64,000 bases of DNA from Lama guanicoe. Its lineage: Eukaryota. A program made the translations under genes and the position numbers. The stretch covers positions 1,930,607 through 1,994,606 of the forward strand of contig MU053504.1 in NCBI GenBank assembly GCA_013239625.1, given 5' to 3'. This document shows positions 12,121 to 26,200 of this stretch, one piece after another; position 1 is the stretch's first letter, and every line of letters begins with the position of its first letter. Under the pieces are notes generated by a model that worked only from the letters and a program-made list of their open reading frames with translations, was not told the origin of the DNA and ran no database searches.

Positions 12121-14159
12121 AGAAACAAAACCTAACTATATCCTGTTTAGAAGAAACAAACTTTTGAAAATTTTATAAAGAAATAAGAAAAATAAAGAGT
12201 TGGAGAAATACCCAAGGCCCAGGAAAACAACAAAAAATCAATATAATAATAGACAGGGTGGAATTTGAGCATCAAACTAGGTAAACAGGTTATTATCACA
12301 ATAAAGGGCATAATTTATGAAGATATAATAGTTATAGCTTGTATGGCTAAATAGCTAAATACAGAATGCAAAAATAAGTGAGAAATGTCATTAATAGAGC
12401 AGTCATAGTATGGAATTTCAGTATACATTTCTCAGAATTAGATCTAGTAGATAAAAAAAGTAAGAATATAAAGAAATTGAATAGTGCACCAGTAAACTTA
12501 ATTATATCTGTGTTTATGTAAGTATACATTCCTACAATAGATTGTCTTTTTTTTTTTAATGTCCAGAGAAGTGTAGACAAAGTTTATTAATGTTCAAGGT
12601 ACTTGACCATAAAGAAAATCTTAAGAGATGAGAAAAGTTGAGGTTTCACAGGCCACACTGTCTGGTAATAATACAGGTAAATGAGAAAGAAAGAGTTACG
12701 ATGACTTCTTCGAAACCTGTCTCTTATGGAGGATTCCTGTGTTTCCCTTGTATTCATTTCCATTGTGGAATTACCCTCTGTGTATTCTTGAATGGGGAAA
12801 TGAATAATAGCAAGTGGTTAATTCTTTATGTTTCTAGTCTTATATTGTTGAAATGCATATGTTTTAATTTGATGCCTTTGTGTTACTGCTGGTGAAGTAG
12901 ACAGAGGAGTTACCAGTGTCCATACCTAGATCACCAGTGACACTGTAAAACTCAACCTGAAATTTTAGTTTCATATTCCTGGCCTTCCTCTTTCAAGTCT
13001 CTTTTAAGTTTTCAGTAACCAGTTGTTGGCCACTCAGTAGAATACAGGGACTTTCTAATTAAAAACTGGTAAAACTTAAAAGAAGCAAGAATACCTAATA
13101 CAGAGGGGATATGGAGAATAGAATATTTTCATACATTGCTGGTGCAAAAGTGAATTATTACAGCCTTTTGGAAAATAATTTGACAACCTGGTTAACAGTT
13201 AAAATTCATGTGCCTTTTGGCTGAGTAATCCTCCTAAGATTCTTTTCTTAGAAATAAAAGCACAAGTAAGACCATATGCAGAGGGATATTTATTTCAGCA
13301 GTGTGCATAATGACAGTCGATTGAAAACAGAATGAATGTTAGTAGGAGAAAGACAGAAAAAAAAGTGATACCTTGTTGGGTGGAATATTATGCTACATGA
13401 AAAAGGATGAAGTAGGCCAACTCCTGATTAGTTGGAGGGATTCCCACAAAGTTTTTGTTGAGTGAAAAAAGGAAGATACAGAAAAGCTTGTATAATAATT
13501 AATTTGTGTAACCGACACTGAGTTAAGAGAACCATGCATATGTCACGGGCTCATGAGTATGAAGAAAAATAATTAAGATTGCCTTTTAGGTGGTTAAATG
13601 TTTCTCTTGGTGGGAAGAAGAGGGGGAGTACTTGAGGAGATCATTTTAAAAAGGGAGGGTTGTCCTTTAGTTCACCAAAAAGCCTGTCTGTGATCATATC
13701 TATTCATTACCTGTAAGATTATGTAAATGTGTATGTTTGAAGATACCAAGTAAATATTTAAAATAAGAATGACCTATTTCTTCTCCAGAAGTGATACAGA
13801 CTTGCAAATACCTGAACATGTTCCTGTGAATCTGTAGAAATTCTTAGGGGCAAAACAAGCATGGAAAGCCGCAAGACTGTTTTGAACTAGGAGAGCCTAA
13901 AACAAAGAATCAAGGAAGCCCATGGGTATGCGGGAATGCTCGCATGCACACTGAAATGATAACCGGTGGGAAGTTTACTTACCATAAAACTGGGCTGGTC
14001 TCTGTGGTTGGTTGGTATGGCTCTTCAGGGACCTTGGCATTCCTTTGATTTGTCTTCCTTGATGTTACCTTGTGTTTTGGCTTATAGCATGATGGCTGTA
14101 GTAAAATCCAAATGTAGCAATGTCCAGAGGGAGAAGGATGGTCTCGTTGGATGGATGTC

Positions 14160-14516
14160 TGTTGTAGGTTGGGTTTCTTGGAAACATGTGCTAAGATGGA
14201 GTTTGAGGTACATCTGTGAGAGGAAGGGGCAGGATGCAGAACTGGGCAAAGAAAGAAGTTGAACTTCAGTGCAGGCCTGACAAAAGAGCGCTCTGGAGCA
14301 GGGATTGCCTGTCAGAGTTGTCCCATGTTAGACTGAGATGCCCAGCCTTTATACCCACTCTGGTGTGGGCTGTGCTGGGAAGGGCGTGACCTGAAGCAAG
14401 GCAGCTCCTGATGAAACTGACAGCTGGGCGCTGACTGTTGACCGCGCTCCCTTCTGCAGCGGCAGCAGGTCCTTTCTTGAAGGGGAGATCTAGGTGGTAT
14501 ATCTCCCTGTCTACCA
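14160..14516. mobile_element. ERVL-type solo LTR (family uncertain)
   Basis: TG...CA ends and internal motifs gctctggagcagggattgcctgtcagagttgtccca recalled from old ERVL LTRs. Confidence 0.45.
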
Positions 14517-14739
14517 AACTGTTTTTCTTAAGAATGAGAAAATATTTCCTAGAAGCCCTACATCAGACTTCCCCTCACATCTAAGATTAGATTACATGCT
14601 ATGACAGAAATAATTACCCTTCATAGCCTTTTTCCACTTCTCTAGTAAAAAGTGTTGATTTTTCACTGCTCTTGTACTTGGTCATCTGTGATTTCTCAGC
14701 CTCCCTATGTATTTAGGTATGTCTAAATCTTGGCTAGTG

Positions 14740-15033
14740 GGTGAGTTGAATTGTCGTGTTTGTCTTTGAGAGAGCGTGAGTGTACCTTGTTTTCTTTCCT
14801 CCTTTCTGCTGGGTAGAATATGGAAATAATAACTGCAGTTATGGATTAGGAGGTGGTAACCACATGTTGAGAATGACAGAGCAACAAGATAGAAGAACAT
14901 TAATTAGGTTCCTGATGATCATAGAAGTGCTTTGTGTGCTCTGGGGCCCTTACCTTTGGGCTTTATATCTTGGTTAAGCCATTACTATTTAGGTTTTTCT
15001 ATCAGTTGCAGCAGAACTTAATTTTAACTGATA
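14740..15033 (+). mobile_element. MLT1-type MaLR LTR remnant
   Basis: Ends with ttaagccattactatttagg...gcagcagaacttaattttaactgataca, a typical MLT1 3' end. Confidence 0.55.
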
Positions 15034-16606
15034 CAAGTTTCTAACCAGTAAGGAGCATGGGAAACCATGACTGGCTTAGACTAAGTTTTTAGGGGTGGAA
15101 TGGATGTTGGGGAGTAAGACGTGGAGACGTCTGAATCAGGCAAGTACAACAGACAGAGAATGCAAAGCATTCAAGGGATTTGCCGCGGTTGATAATGGTG
15201 ATGCACCATGGAATCATACCTGGGTAAGTGGGAAAGGGAAATGTGTAGGTGGTGAGCGATGAACGTAAAGAAGTGATAGTTCTGTGGCTTGGAGGTCCCC
15301 ATGGTGCTGAAGACTCTTTGAAAGGGGAAACTAGGCTAAGGAAATGAACTGGAGACAGCAGAGATGGTAGTCAGAGTGTAGGTCTGGAGATTTTGGTGAT
15401 AGAGCTGTTATTGCTAACAGCAGCATTCAAAAGAGTGGGTGACTAAAGTGGGATGGGGAAAGGTTGTTAATGGTAAAGTTAACAAGTGGAGAGGCTAGGT
15501 TTTGGATGGAGCATCTTGGATGTTGATATGGTTGAATGGAAGTCAGTGAGCTTGATGCTAATATCTTGAGCTGATGAAGAGGAGTAACAGGGATGTCAGT
15601 AGATAACTTAGAAAGTAAGGGAGGCAGATCCAGGAGAGAGCATCTTTTTCAGAAAGGCTGACATTGTTGATGGAAGATAAGGGAGGAAAAATGATCTGGA
15701 AACAGCAGTGAAAAGGGAAATAACATCCTTCTCAAATATTAAAAATTTCTGTGTGTAGCAAAAGATACTAGACATAAAGTATAAAGAGAAAAAAATTAAA
15801 CTGAAAAAATATAGTACATTTACCATACAAATGGAAGCTCCTTAATATAAAAAGAGCTTCTGAAGATTAATTTGAGGAAGACAGCTTGTGTAGCAAATTG
15901 GGCAAAGAATATGGAATCCTAATTTACAAAGGAGGAAATGCAGATGATCAAAACATATGAGAAGATATTCAAACATTAGGGTTGGTACCAACCAGTAAAA
16001 ATACTAATGAGATGCTAAGATGTGCCTATCAAATTGGCAAGACCTAAAAATGTTGATAAACTCCAGGCTTGGCACCCATGTGGGAAGACAGGTGCTGATG
16101 GACACTGCTATGGAGCGTGGTAGATTGCCCGTTCAAAAGAAGCAGCTAAATGGCTACAATGCTTCTGTTGTGTGTTGAGGCTTGATGTGCTTGCCCATCA
16201 TGATTACACTGGCCCCAGTGTAATTTATTGTAATAACACACTTTTTCTGTGACAGTAACTGTGTGGCCTTACTTTTTAAAAACCAACTCATAAGTAACTT
16301 CTTGTGGACTTTTTTTAATGGTACAAAGTATGATTTTCCTATCTCAGCTAGAAAGATTTAGATGTTTTTGTTCATTCCTGTTGGTTTTAATATGTTTGTA
16401 TCCCCTTTTTCTTAAGTGTATGGCAAGAATTTGTTTCATCCAGGTTTGTATAATCTGAGTGTAACCATCCAGTCATTTTCTTCTGGTCATGGTATATATC
16501 AACGTACCTGCTATGCCTAACTTGGTTGTATTGAGAATTAACATGTGAAAATTCTGATGGACTTACATTTTAACTGTTTTGTTTGTTTTTTGTTTTTGAA
16601 TTGCAG

Positions 16607-16690
16607 ACTAACTGGATCTTCTGGGTTTATAACAGATGGACCTGGAAATTATAAATATAAAACGAAGTGCACATGGCTCATTGAAGGACA
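16607..16690 (+). CDS. ATRN: ATRN exon 2 (84 nt, CUB domain)
   Basis: ttgcag|ACTA...GGACA|gtaagt; [27 protein letters not shown]; phase 2-2. Confidence 0.96.
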
Positions 16691-19600
16691 GTAAGTAGTA
16701 ATGGCTAATTTAATTTCTTTCTTCAGGATAGCACTCATTGTGAAATTACTTTTCCAATAAGTAAAATTAATAATCTGTAGCATGAAGTACTTAAAATATT
16801 TTTATTTGATAATCTTTTCTTTGACAGGTGAATTTGATTTCCTTATTTTTCTTAACCTTCAGTGTTAATTAAAAAAAAAACTCTTGCAGTGATTTTGTGC
16901 TGCAAATGAATTGCACATACCAGAAATTTGTATATTTTCAATTGCAATAGTTAAAAAAAACTGTTGAATGTTTTAAATGGTTTGCTTAAAGCATTAGAAA
17001 ACTACAATATTGTGTCGTCTTTCTACATACCTAGTTTTACTGTGGACTAGAAAATCAGAGTAACTGTTACTGCCCAAACTCCTCCTCCTCTGGTCCCCCG
17101 TGTTCCTCCAGCCAGTGCCTTCTTTCTTCTTTCCCTTCACGGCAAACCTTTGAAGCAGTCTTCTCAAATATTTTGGTCTCAGAACTTGTTTTCATTCTTA
17201 AGTTTTGAGAATTCCAAATAACCTTTGCTTATGTGGGTTCTATCTGCGTTTACCAAGTTAGAAACTAAAGCTAAGAGATACTATTTTTAATTCGCTTAAG
17301 AGGAATGATAATAAACCCACTGTGTTAGCACAAATGACATATTTTTAAGAAAACAACAACCCTATATTTAAAAAAATTAGAGGAATGGCATTGTCTTACA
17401 TTTTTGTAAGTGTCTTTTTTTTGTCTAACTTCATAGAGGACAGCTGGATTATCATATTTTCTTTTGCATTCACTTTGTTATATTTTATTATGGTTGAGGT
17501 ATGTGAAGAAAACTAGGCTTCACTTGAATATGTAGTAGGGAAGGGAGGAGCTTTTAATAGCCTTTTTAAATAATTGTGGATAATCTTCTTTGATACTACA
17601 CCAGAACTGTACAGGTGGTAATTTCTTAAAACTAAATTGCAATGTGGAATCTGAAACAGTGTTAATGAACTTTTAGAACTTGTTAGATTAAAATTGATTT
17701 TCTTGTAGTTTGAATGAGTCTTTAACTCATGCATAAATTTGTAACATTTGGAAAATACTGGTTCACTGAATTATGCAAGTCTTCCAGATATTGATATATT
17801 ATTTCATTATATGATATTTAAAACATCACCTTGGTTAAAATCACCATGAATCTCATGAGAAAGTTTTAAGCATTGGGAAGTTGTGTCTGGGTGGCAGATA
17901 GAAATTTTCTAAAACTCTAATTATTGCTTAAAAGCTTATATTTTCCTGGGCAATAAATACTGTCAGTTGTTTTCTTTGAAGTGACAGGCTTGCTTTGTTC
18001 ATTTTCAAGACAATATCTACTAAATATCCAAATATCCAGTCTAAATAACCATAGCTTTTACCTCTTGGATCCCCCAGAGGGGCCTCAGGGACCTTGCACC
18101 ATGCAGACTGTGCTTTGAGAACTGATGCTGTGTTTGCCCGCCGTTTCCCTTCCTCCTGTTTGTCCGCCCTTTCCCTTCCTCCCACTGCCCTCCGATCTGA
18201 CGTCCTGCTCCGCTGTGGCTCTGCATGTGCTCCCAAGTGGTTGCTCCATCTCAGCCTAAGCAAAAAACTTCAGTTCTTCCATTTCCTTATCCCCATATTC
18301 AACCTGTCTCTAAGTTTTGTCAGTTTTTTCTCTGCAGTATCTCCTCAATCCTTTTCGTCTTCATCTCTGTAGTTATCGTAAGAACCACCAACCATCCTCT
18401 CTTTCCTGGCCACTGTGATAGCCTTGAAATTGGCCTCTGATTTTTACCTTTGCCCTTTGCCCACCTCTCACTTCTTATCTTGTGTGGTTCCTTCTGTTTG
18501 CTGTGTTTCGGACATGCTGATTTTCTTCACGTGGCTTGGGCACATCAGCTTCTTTCTCTCTAAGACTTTAGGACTGTTGTTTCCTCTGCCTGAAACATTG
18601 TTCCCCAGGCTTTTCACATGGCTTCTCTCTCATCATTCTGATCTCCTCCGAAGCTGTTTGGGGTATCTCCCCACTTCCTGTTGTTATAGTACATCACATT
18701 CCTTTAATTTTTTCCAGTACTCATCACCATGTGAGTTAACTTGTTTATGTACTTACTTAGTTGTTTGGTTAGAGATGTTAGTTAGATAAGTGTGAGGTAG
18801 GTGAAAGGTCCATATAGCTGGAGACATATAGTTAGGAATATAAATGGTGTTGATATTACCAAGGGCTTTTTGAGTGGAGTGTTTGGGCTAAAGCTAGGTT
18901 AAAGAGTGAAGGGGTGGGTGGGATATGAGGAAACGGAAAAAGCAAAGCCTTCAGTGGAGTCTCACTCTATTCGGAGGAGAAATGGATGAGTTGGGTAATA
19001 ACTGGAAGGAGAGTTGGGATTTAGAGTTTTTTATGTTTTGTTGTTTTTCTTAAAATATGTGATGCTTAAAGAGATTTAAATGTGGTTGTGGAAGTTTCAG
19101 ATGAGAGGGAAATGTTAAATATTTGACAGATGGAAGGAGAAAGTAGGTGGGTGTATCTATTTTGGAAAATGGGATTTGAGAAATTTTTGTCTTGGTGCTG
19201 AGCATAAGCAGGGAGATGGGACTGGGAGGTTTGAAATAGTAACCGAGAGTTAGTAGTAGAACTGCTGGCAGAATCGAAGTGCCATTTGAAGTCAGCGAGC
19301 AGTGACGAATCCTGGAACCAGCCTACCCAGTGGTGTGACTTTCTCCAGTATGACTTAGTTTTCTTTGGATTCAGCCTAAGTCAAAGCAGATAACTGGTTT
19401 CCTCTAGACCAGGGCTTTTTCTGAGGAGTTCCATGAAAAGGCAGAGGGGCAGGTGAGTTTAGAGGATTGGCAGGTGTGTTTGTGAAATGATGTATGTATT
19501 TCATAGTATGGAATCTCAGGTTGAATAAGGAAGGAAGTGTGGAAAGGCTAATGGTTTGGTAAAGAATGGCCAGTGTATAGACTGTAAGGCCCAAAGCTGT

Positions 19601-22600
19601 ACAGACCATGTCTGTCTGGTTTACCATTGTGTTTCGTGGTCTCTTGCACATAGTAGGTACCGAGGAAATCTTTGACAAATGAAAGAATACTGATTATGTA
19701 CTATTGATTTCTTCTATCTCTGTAAATTTTTTAAAAATCTGTCTGTTTTTTCCTCAGATGTTGGATAGTGATGATTATTAAAATTTACTTTTTCTTTTCT
19801 TTTCAGGCCAAATAGAATAATGAGACTTCGTTTCAATCATTTTGCTACAGAATGTAGTTGGGACCATTTATACGTTTATGATGGGGACTCAATTTATGCA
19901 CCCCTAGTTGCTGCCTTTAGGTAAGCTCAGTCATATAAGTACTGGTTAATCATCATTTGATTTCTGAATTCAGTTGTGTCTCCTAGACTGCATTCTTACT
20001 GGATTCACCTCTGTTGTCACTTAGTATGTTTGCTTCATGGAAAAAGTACTCTTTCTGGAGTCCTATCACTTGTGTGCTAGTCCTATCTCCGTCCCCAGGC
20101 TCCTACCCCTGTTTTTAAGGATCTGGCTTACCTTCCACATCTGCCTGCCTTTGAGTGTATAGTTTTGCAAGAAGACAGGTGTGTCAAACCAAGGATTACT
20201 AGTAAACTTATATAGCGTAGTTGGCAAAGTCAGGTTCTGCCCCAGGTGTGTTCAGAGAGCCCATAGTCAGTTATGGGCAGTCTGACAGTTATGTTGAATT
20301 AAGACAATATGTTTAGTTCAGCTATTTTCAAAAGTGGTTTTAAACAGTGGTACTCAGTATTTAAAATATAAGATTATGAAGAACCCCAGGGCAAGCAGTT
20401 CTTGATTTTCTCGAGTTGAACAACTGGCTGCAGCCTAAGCTAAGCCTCCGTTTTTTTAGCTTCCCAGGGGCAGGGGATGGGGAAGCGGGAGGTGGCTCAG
20501 GGTGACAGTTGAACGGCCTGCCTGCTGCATCATTTTCTCACCCACACACTTTCCATTGCCTTGCACACTGGGTTGAGTCTGTGTTTGTATTCATTTATTC
20601 TGTAAACGTTTATTTTTGTCATAAACCAGTTGTTTTATTCTCACACTGGGGAAAAGCAGCACATTCTAAAGCTGTCACGATTCCAAGTTTTTGAAGTGAA
20701 AAGAAGCAAACGCCTGAGTCTTTCTGACAGCAGGGAAGCTGGTCCCTTTTCTCCAGCAGCGAGGTCATCTAGTGCAGATAGCCCTCCCATCATCCTTTCT
20801 CCCTTCACCCATTCTGCCATTCATTCTACACATTAGCCTATGGTTGGGCAAAATCATCTAACATAAAGCCTATTTTATAATTAATGTTGACTATCTCATG
20901 TCATTTATTGAGTACTGTACTGAAAGTGAAAAACACAGTGGTTGTCTGGGTACAGAGTGGTTAGAAGGGCATCTTTTACCTTTGTGAGTGTGTGACTGAC
21001 TGGGAGCCGCAGTTCTCTGCTGCTGCCCAGCATCCCAGGAGAGTATCCTACAGCCTGTCACTAGCCTGGGAAAGGCTCAAAATTCAAAATAAGTATGGTT
21101 TCTGCTGAATGCATGTCACTTTTGCACCACTGTACAGTTGAAAAACTATGTACAACTATCATAAGTCAAGGACCATCTGTAATAGATGAGCTGTTTCTTC
21201 ATTAGGTGGGGTTGTGTGTCTGGAACAGAGTGTGCAGGGCCTGGTAAGGATTTAGGCTTTTATTGAATGAAATGGTAGTAGTGAATCAGTCATTGGGTAA
21301 AAAGACATGAGCGTATGAAGAAAAGCAAAAGAGGCAAGTAAACATGGGAAAAATGATTAACCTCAGGAGTAGAAAAGAAACTTAAAACCACAGTTTGAAA
21401 AATCATTCACCCATTAAATTAGGAAAGCTAAAATAGAACTGGTAACCCTTGTTGGCAGGGAGAGGTGGGATGGACCCTTTCATTCTCTGTTGGTGGGATT
21501 TCAAGTCAGCATGTCTCTTCTAGAAAGCAAGTTGGCATATGGATTAAGACCATCTTTTAGACCCTTTGATCTGGTAATTCTTTCTCATTCCTGGCACCCA
21601 AAGTTACTACTGTCAGCTGAGCTCTGAATGAGGTTCTAAAAGTTTGGAGGGAGCTTTTAGTGATATAGAAATGCTTATGGTGTATTACTTGTAAAATATT
21701 GTAAGACATAATATGGTATCAGTTAGACAAAGAAAATACATCAGAATACTAATAGTGTTGGGGTGATGGATTTTTGTATATCAAACTTTTATTTCTATTT
21801 TTACTTTTTATGTCTTTCAGTGATATGTATATGGTATCTATTACTCATAAAGTTTGTTACTTTCTGTGATTGTGGAAGTTTACTCATTTTTTCAGAGGAG
21901 GATTATAAAAAGTTTATTAAAAAAGAAGAATAGGGTCATTGATTTCAATCTCATTCGAAATACAACCCAGAATAGAGGAGAGCCTAGCAAAACATTCAGA
22001 TCTGTTCCTGTGCATTTATCATGGGAATTTGCCCCTCTTCTTAGAAGTGGTTTTTTAATTTATAAGGAAGAATTCCAGTTGAATTTGTGTCCGCCACCAT
22101 GTGATGTGTCTGTGATGGTGCTTCCCTTTATAAGAAATGTGTTTTCATTACAGTGGCCTCATTGTCCCTGAGAGAGACGGCAACGAGACTGTCCCTGAAG
22201 TCGTTGCCACATCAGGTTATGCCCTGCTGCATTTTTTTAGTGATGCTGCTTATAATTTGACTGGATTTAATATCACTTACAAGTAAGATATTTAACTCTA
22301 ATATTTGTGATTTTTTTTCCAGAAGACTGTATACTGTGTTTTAACAACAGTAATGACTAACCTATATTGAGGGTTTACAGTGCACCAGGCACTATGCTAA
22401 GCAGGTTTCATGCATTTTCTAATTTAAAGTTCTTTTAAAAACTTAGGTACAGGCACTGGTTTCCTGCTTCTTTTATAATGGAGGACACTGGTGGGAAAAG
22501 GTAAAGTAAATTGTCAAAGTGGTGGAAGCACAGTTTCAACCCAGGTCTTGCTGCTGTTGAGCTTCTCCCGGAAGAGAGGGGCATTTTCCCTCTAGTGGAT

Positions 22601-23193
22601 AAAAGCATTGCAGGGGTTTGCTCAGTACAATTTAACAAATATTAGTAGTTTTCATGTACTCAGTAGTTGGCCCATTGATGACAACTTAGCTGAAGATACA
22701 AAGGAAGTGTAGACTGACAGACTCTGGGCAGCTTTTGTAATTTGTTGTGGTAGGAGAGAGGCTAACTTCTGTCTTTTCCTTTTTTTCCCTCCTAAGAAAT
22801 GTGTATTTCATAAGTAATTAAATTCATAAAGTGCCATAAGCAAGGGGTCTTTGATAAAGAACTTCTGTGGTCCACAAACCTAAAATAGACATTATCTGGC
22901 CTTTTACACAGTAAGTTTCTTAACTCCTGGAACAGGTAGTAACCCCTATGTGTAATCTTTATATTGGATTCTTTTTCTTGCCCTTTTTCTCAGGCTCTCA
23001 GTATTGTCTCATGCCTGTTTAAAGCTGTCTCTATCTTGGTATAGTGATTCTGTTTTTCAGGTACTCAGGGTTTGTGACGTGGCAGCCTCGGCTTGAAAAG
23101 TGGGCATATGCATTTATTATAACAGATTATAAAAATACTGTTTACAGATACTTATAACATTTTATTTATCGCATATTTATTTATATAACATTT

Positions 23194-23236
<43 letters not shown>

Positions 23237-26200
23237 GTCTATAATATCATGAACTGATATTTGAATGTAGGCATATTCATTAACATCCATTAATTAGCTT
23301 GTTTTCGGAACTGACTCCTGATTTTCTGACATGATTTGCTACAATATTTCTTTTTAGTTTTCTTTATACTCTTAAAGTGTCTTGATAATCCTGTTATCCC
23401 CCATTTTAAAATCTTAATTATATCTTTTCAAAGTGCTGTCAATATAATTAGGTCACATTACTGTGAGACACTTTATGGCTAAACTCCCATAGTAAGTTAA
23501 ATTGGCCCTCTCTTTTCTTATATCTGAGATGGGTAGATAAACTTACTAAAAAAATTAGATTACACCAACCTGAGCAATAATCTTGAACAAATTCTGTAAA
23601 CTTTCAGAGACTATCCAGAGGAATATATACCATGAGGATGGTAGGATATTGTTGGCAATTTGTTTTATCCTTTTCTTCTCCAGACTTGCAAGCATGCACT
23701 TGGCAGTTTTATAGTGCTCATCATTTGTGGGCTACCAGGAATAGGATAGTCATCCTGTCCTTATGAAGTTAAGCATTTTGCAAGAAATCTGTTCTCTCCT
23801 TGTAATTTCTTTAACTTGCTTTTCTTATGAGAATTCAACAGGGTTAATTTGATTTTATTACTTGCCCTAGCTCTGCAGTGTTGAATGACCCCATTTAGGC
23901 TGAATGGTAAGTACTGCAATTATGCTTGTGAATGAACTGGAGAGACAGTGGGATTTCTTAAGACTTGTGTAGGAAGAAGTTCTGCTGAATTAATTGAAGT
24001 GTTGCTTTGTGTTGATTGGTTTTTTCCCCCCACTATTTTTATAGTTTTGACATGTGTCCGAATAATTGCTCAGGCCGTGGAGAATGTAAGATCAGTAATA
24101 ACAGCAACACTGTTCAGTGTGACTGTTCTGAAAACTGGAAAGGTGAAGCATGTGACATTCCTCACTGTGTAAATAACTGTGGTTTTCCTCATCGAGGCAT
24201 CTGCAATTCGAGTGATGTCAGAGGATGCTCCTGCTTCTCAGAGTGGCAGGGTAGGAGTGTCTTTTTTTCTTGCAATTAACAGACTGTTTCTAGTTTAATA
24301 AATTGTAGATTGGCCTTATTTCTAGAATCTGTACCATTTGTGTTAATCAAATATCAGGAAATGTTTAAGTTTTCATAGCTCTTTATTTAGCTTCTTACAA
24401 GTCTTTGAATTTCATGGATGTATGGTTGGGATCGCTTTAGAATTGTGGAGGGGTTTGACATCCTTTGCAATTCACTCACAAATTTGAAGAACTTGGTCTC
24501 AACCATCTGAAGACAGAGCAGAGAACCAAGCTGGGGGGTGGGATAACACGTTGATCACCCACTGTGGATTGAGTGCCCCTGAGGAAACACAACTGTCACC
24601 TAGATTTGGGTGACCTGGTGATCAACATGATAAAAGCTAACAGTATTGGTCTCGCAACAGAAACTTTCAGTAAATTCAGAGAAAACTGGGGTGGATTATG
24701 CAGTAGAATTCTAAAACAGTCAGCTAATGGAATTACCTGCAGATACAGATTATTAAAGAAGCCCTTTAGTGAATTTTTCAAGGGGTGGGTGATAATAGCT
24801 GTTACTGATTTAGTCATTTTCTTTATACATTTACCTCTTTCTCAGAACATTTAACTTTGAAAGGAAATGTGCTTATTTCAATGCTTTGATTTGTTTGGTT
24901 TGGCTCATATTAAAGAGTTAAATAATTGAAGTATTTGAGTACCTACCACTGCGCAGGTGTTGGAGCAGAAGCCAGATCTCCTAAGAATGGACTTTCTTGT
25001 TTTTCCAGGAAATGGATAGTTTGTAATACTCCCGGTACTAGTCTTTACATTTTAGCCCTAAAGCTGTTCATTTGAATTAATAATTCCTTTGACCTCTCTT
25101 TCCTCTGAGAGCTGCTTAAGCAAGTATTTCATTACTAAAAAATCCTAACCTAGATACGGTCAGGTCAGCATTAGAAAGTATGGGATTTTAAATTTTATTT
25201 GAGAGTACCCATGGTCACTAGCTTGGTAGAGATTTGCCTGCTATTTAGATGCTAAAAGAAAGACTATAACTATTCTTTAGATATTTGTTGTATTTAGATG
25301 ATTAAAACTTGAAATGCAGTGAATTTAAAGCTGCATTTTGTGAAGCTAATTTATTATGTTTTATTAGGTCCTGAATGTTCAGTTCCTGTACCAGCTAACC
25401 AGTCATTTTGGACTCGAGAGGAATTTTCTAACCAAAAGCTTCCCAGAGCCTCTCACAAAGCTGTGATCAATGGAAATATAATGTGGGTTGTTGGAGGATA
25501 TATGTTCAACCACTCAGATTACAACATGGTTCTAGCGTAAGTTGTTTTAAACATTTTTTTCAATAAGCCTAGTTTTCCATTTTGGAAATACTTAAAGTAG
25601 AGATAGCAAAAGAAAAAGAAATCATCAGTAATTCCATTCCTGAGGAAAATCTCTGTTAGTATGTTAGTATGTTGGTAGTTGTATTCCAGACTTTTGGAAC
25701 ATAGTCTTAGTTTTTGAAATTGGGAGCCACGAAGAATTCATTGTCATAATAAGGAATAGTTCCTCTTCTCCAGACACTGTCTCTCATATTTTGCTTTAGG
25801 TACATATAATAGATTATATATAAGTAGAGGATTCCTTTACCTGTTAATTTAAGTAACATTTCTATAGGTTAAGTGGTTTGAATTTACAGTTTGCTAGTGG
25901 AAATTATGCCATTATCTGATACTTTACAGGGTTCAAGTTCTATTTGCTGGTCCCACAGCACTCATCCTAAAGGGAGAAATGTTTTCACAGTGGCATTAGC
26001 TATGGAGATTGACTTTGGGGAGAAATTCATGAACACTTACTTGTACTGATTTTGTGTCCTGGAAATTTTTTTTAACATTTTCTGTTAATGAAGGTTGTCA
26101 AAACCCAGCATCTGTTCTTTAAGGAATTTTGGAAATATGGCAGTGGTAGCATAGTTTCTGAATCCCCCAAATATAGTCAGCAAAACACACAGAACAACTA

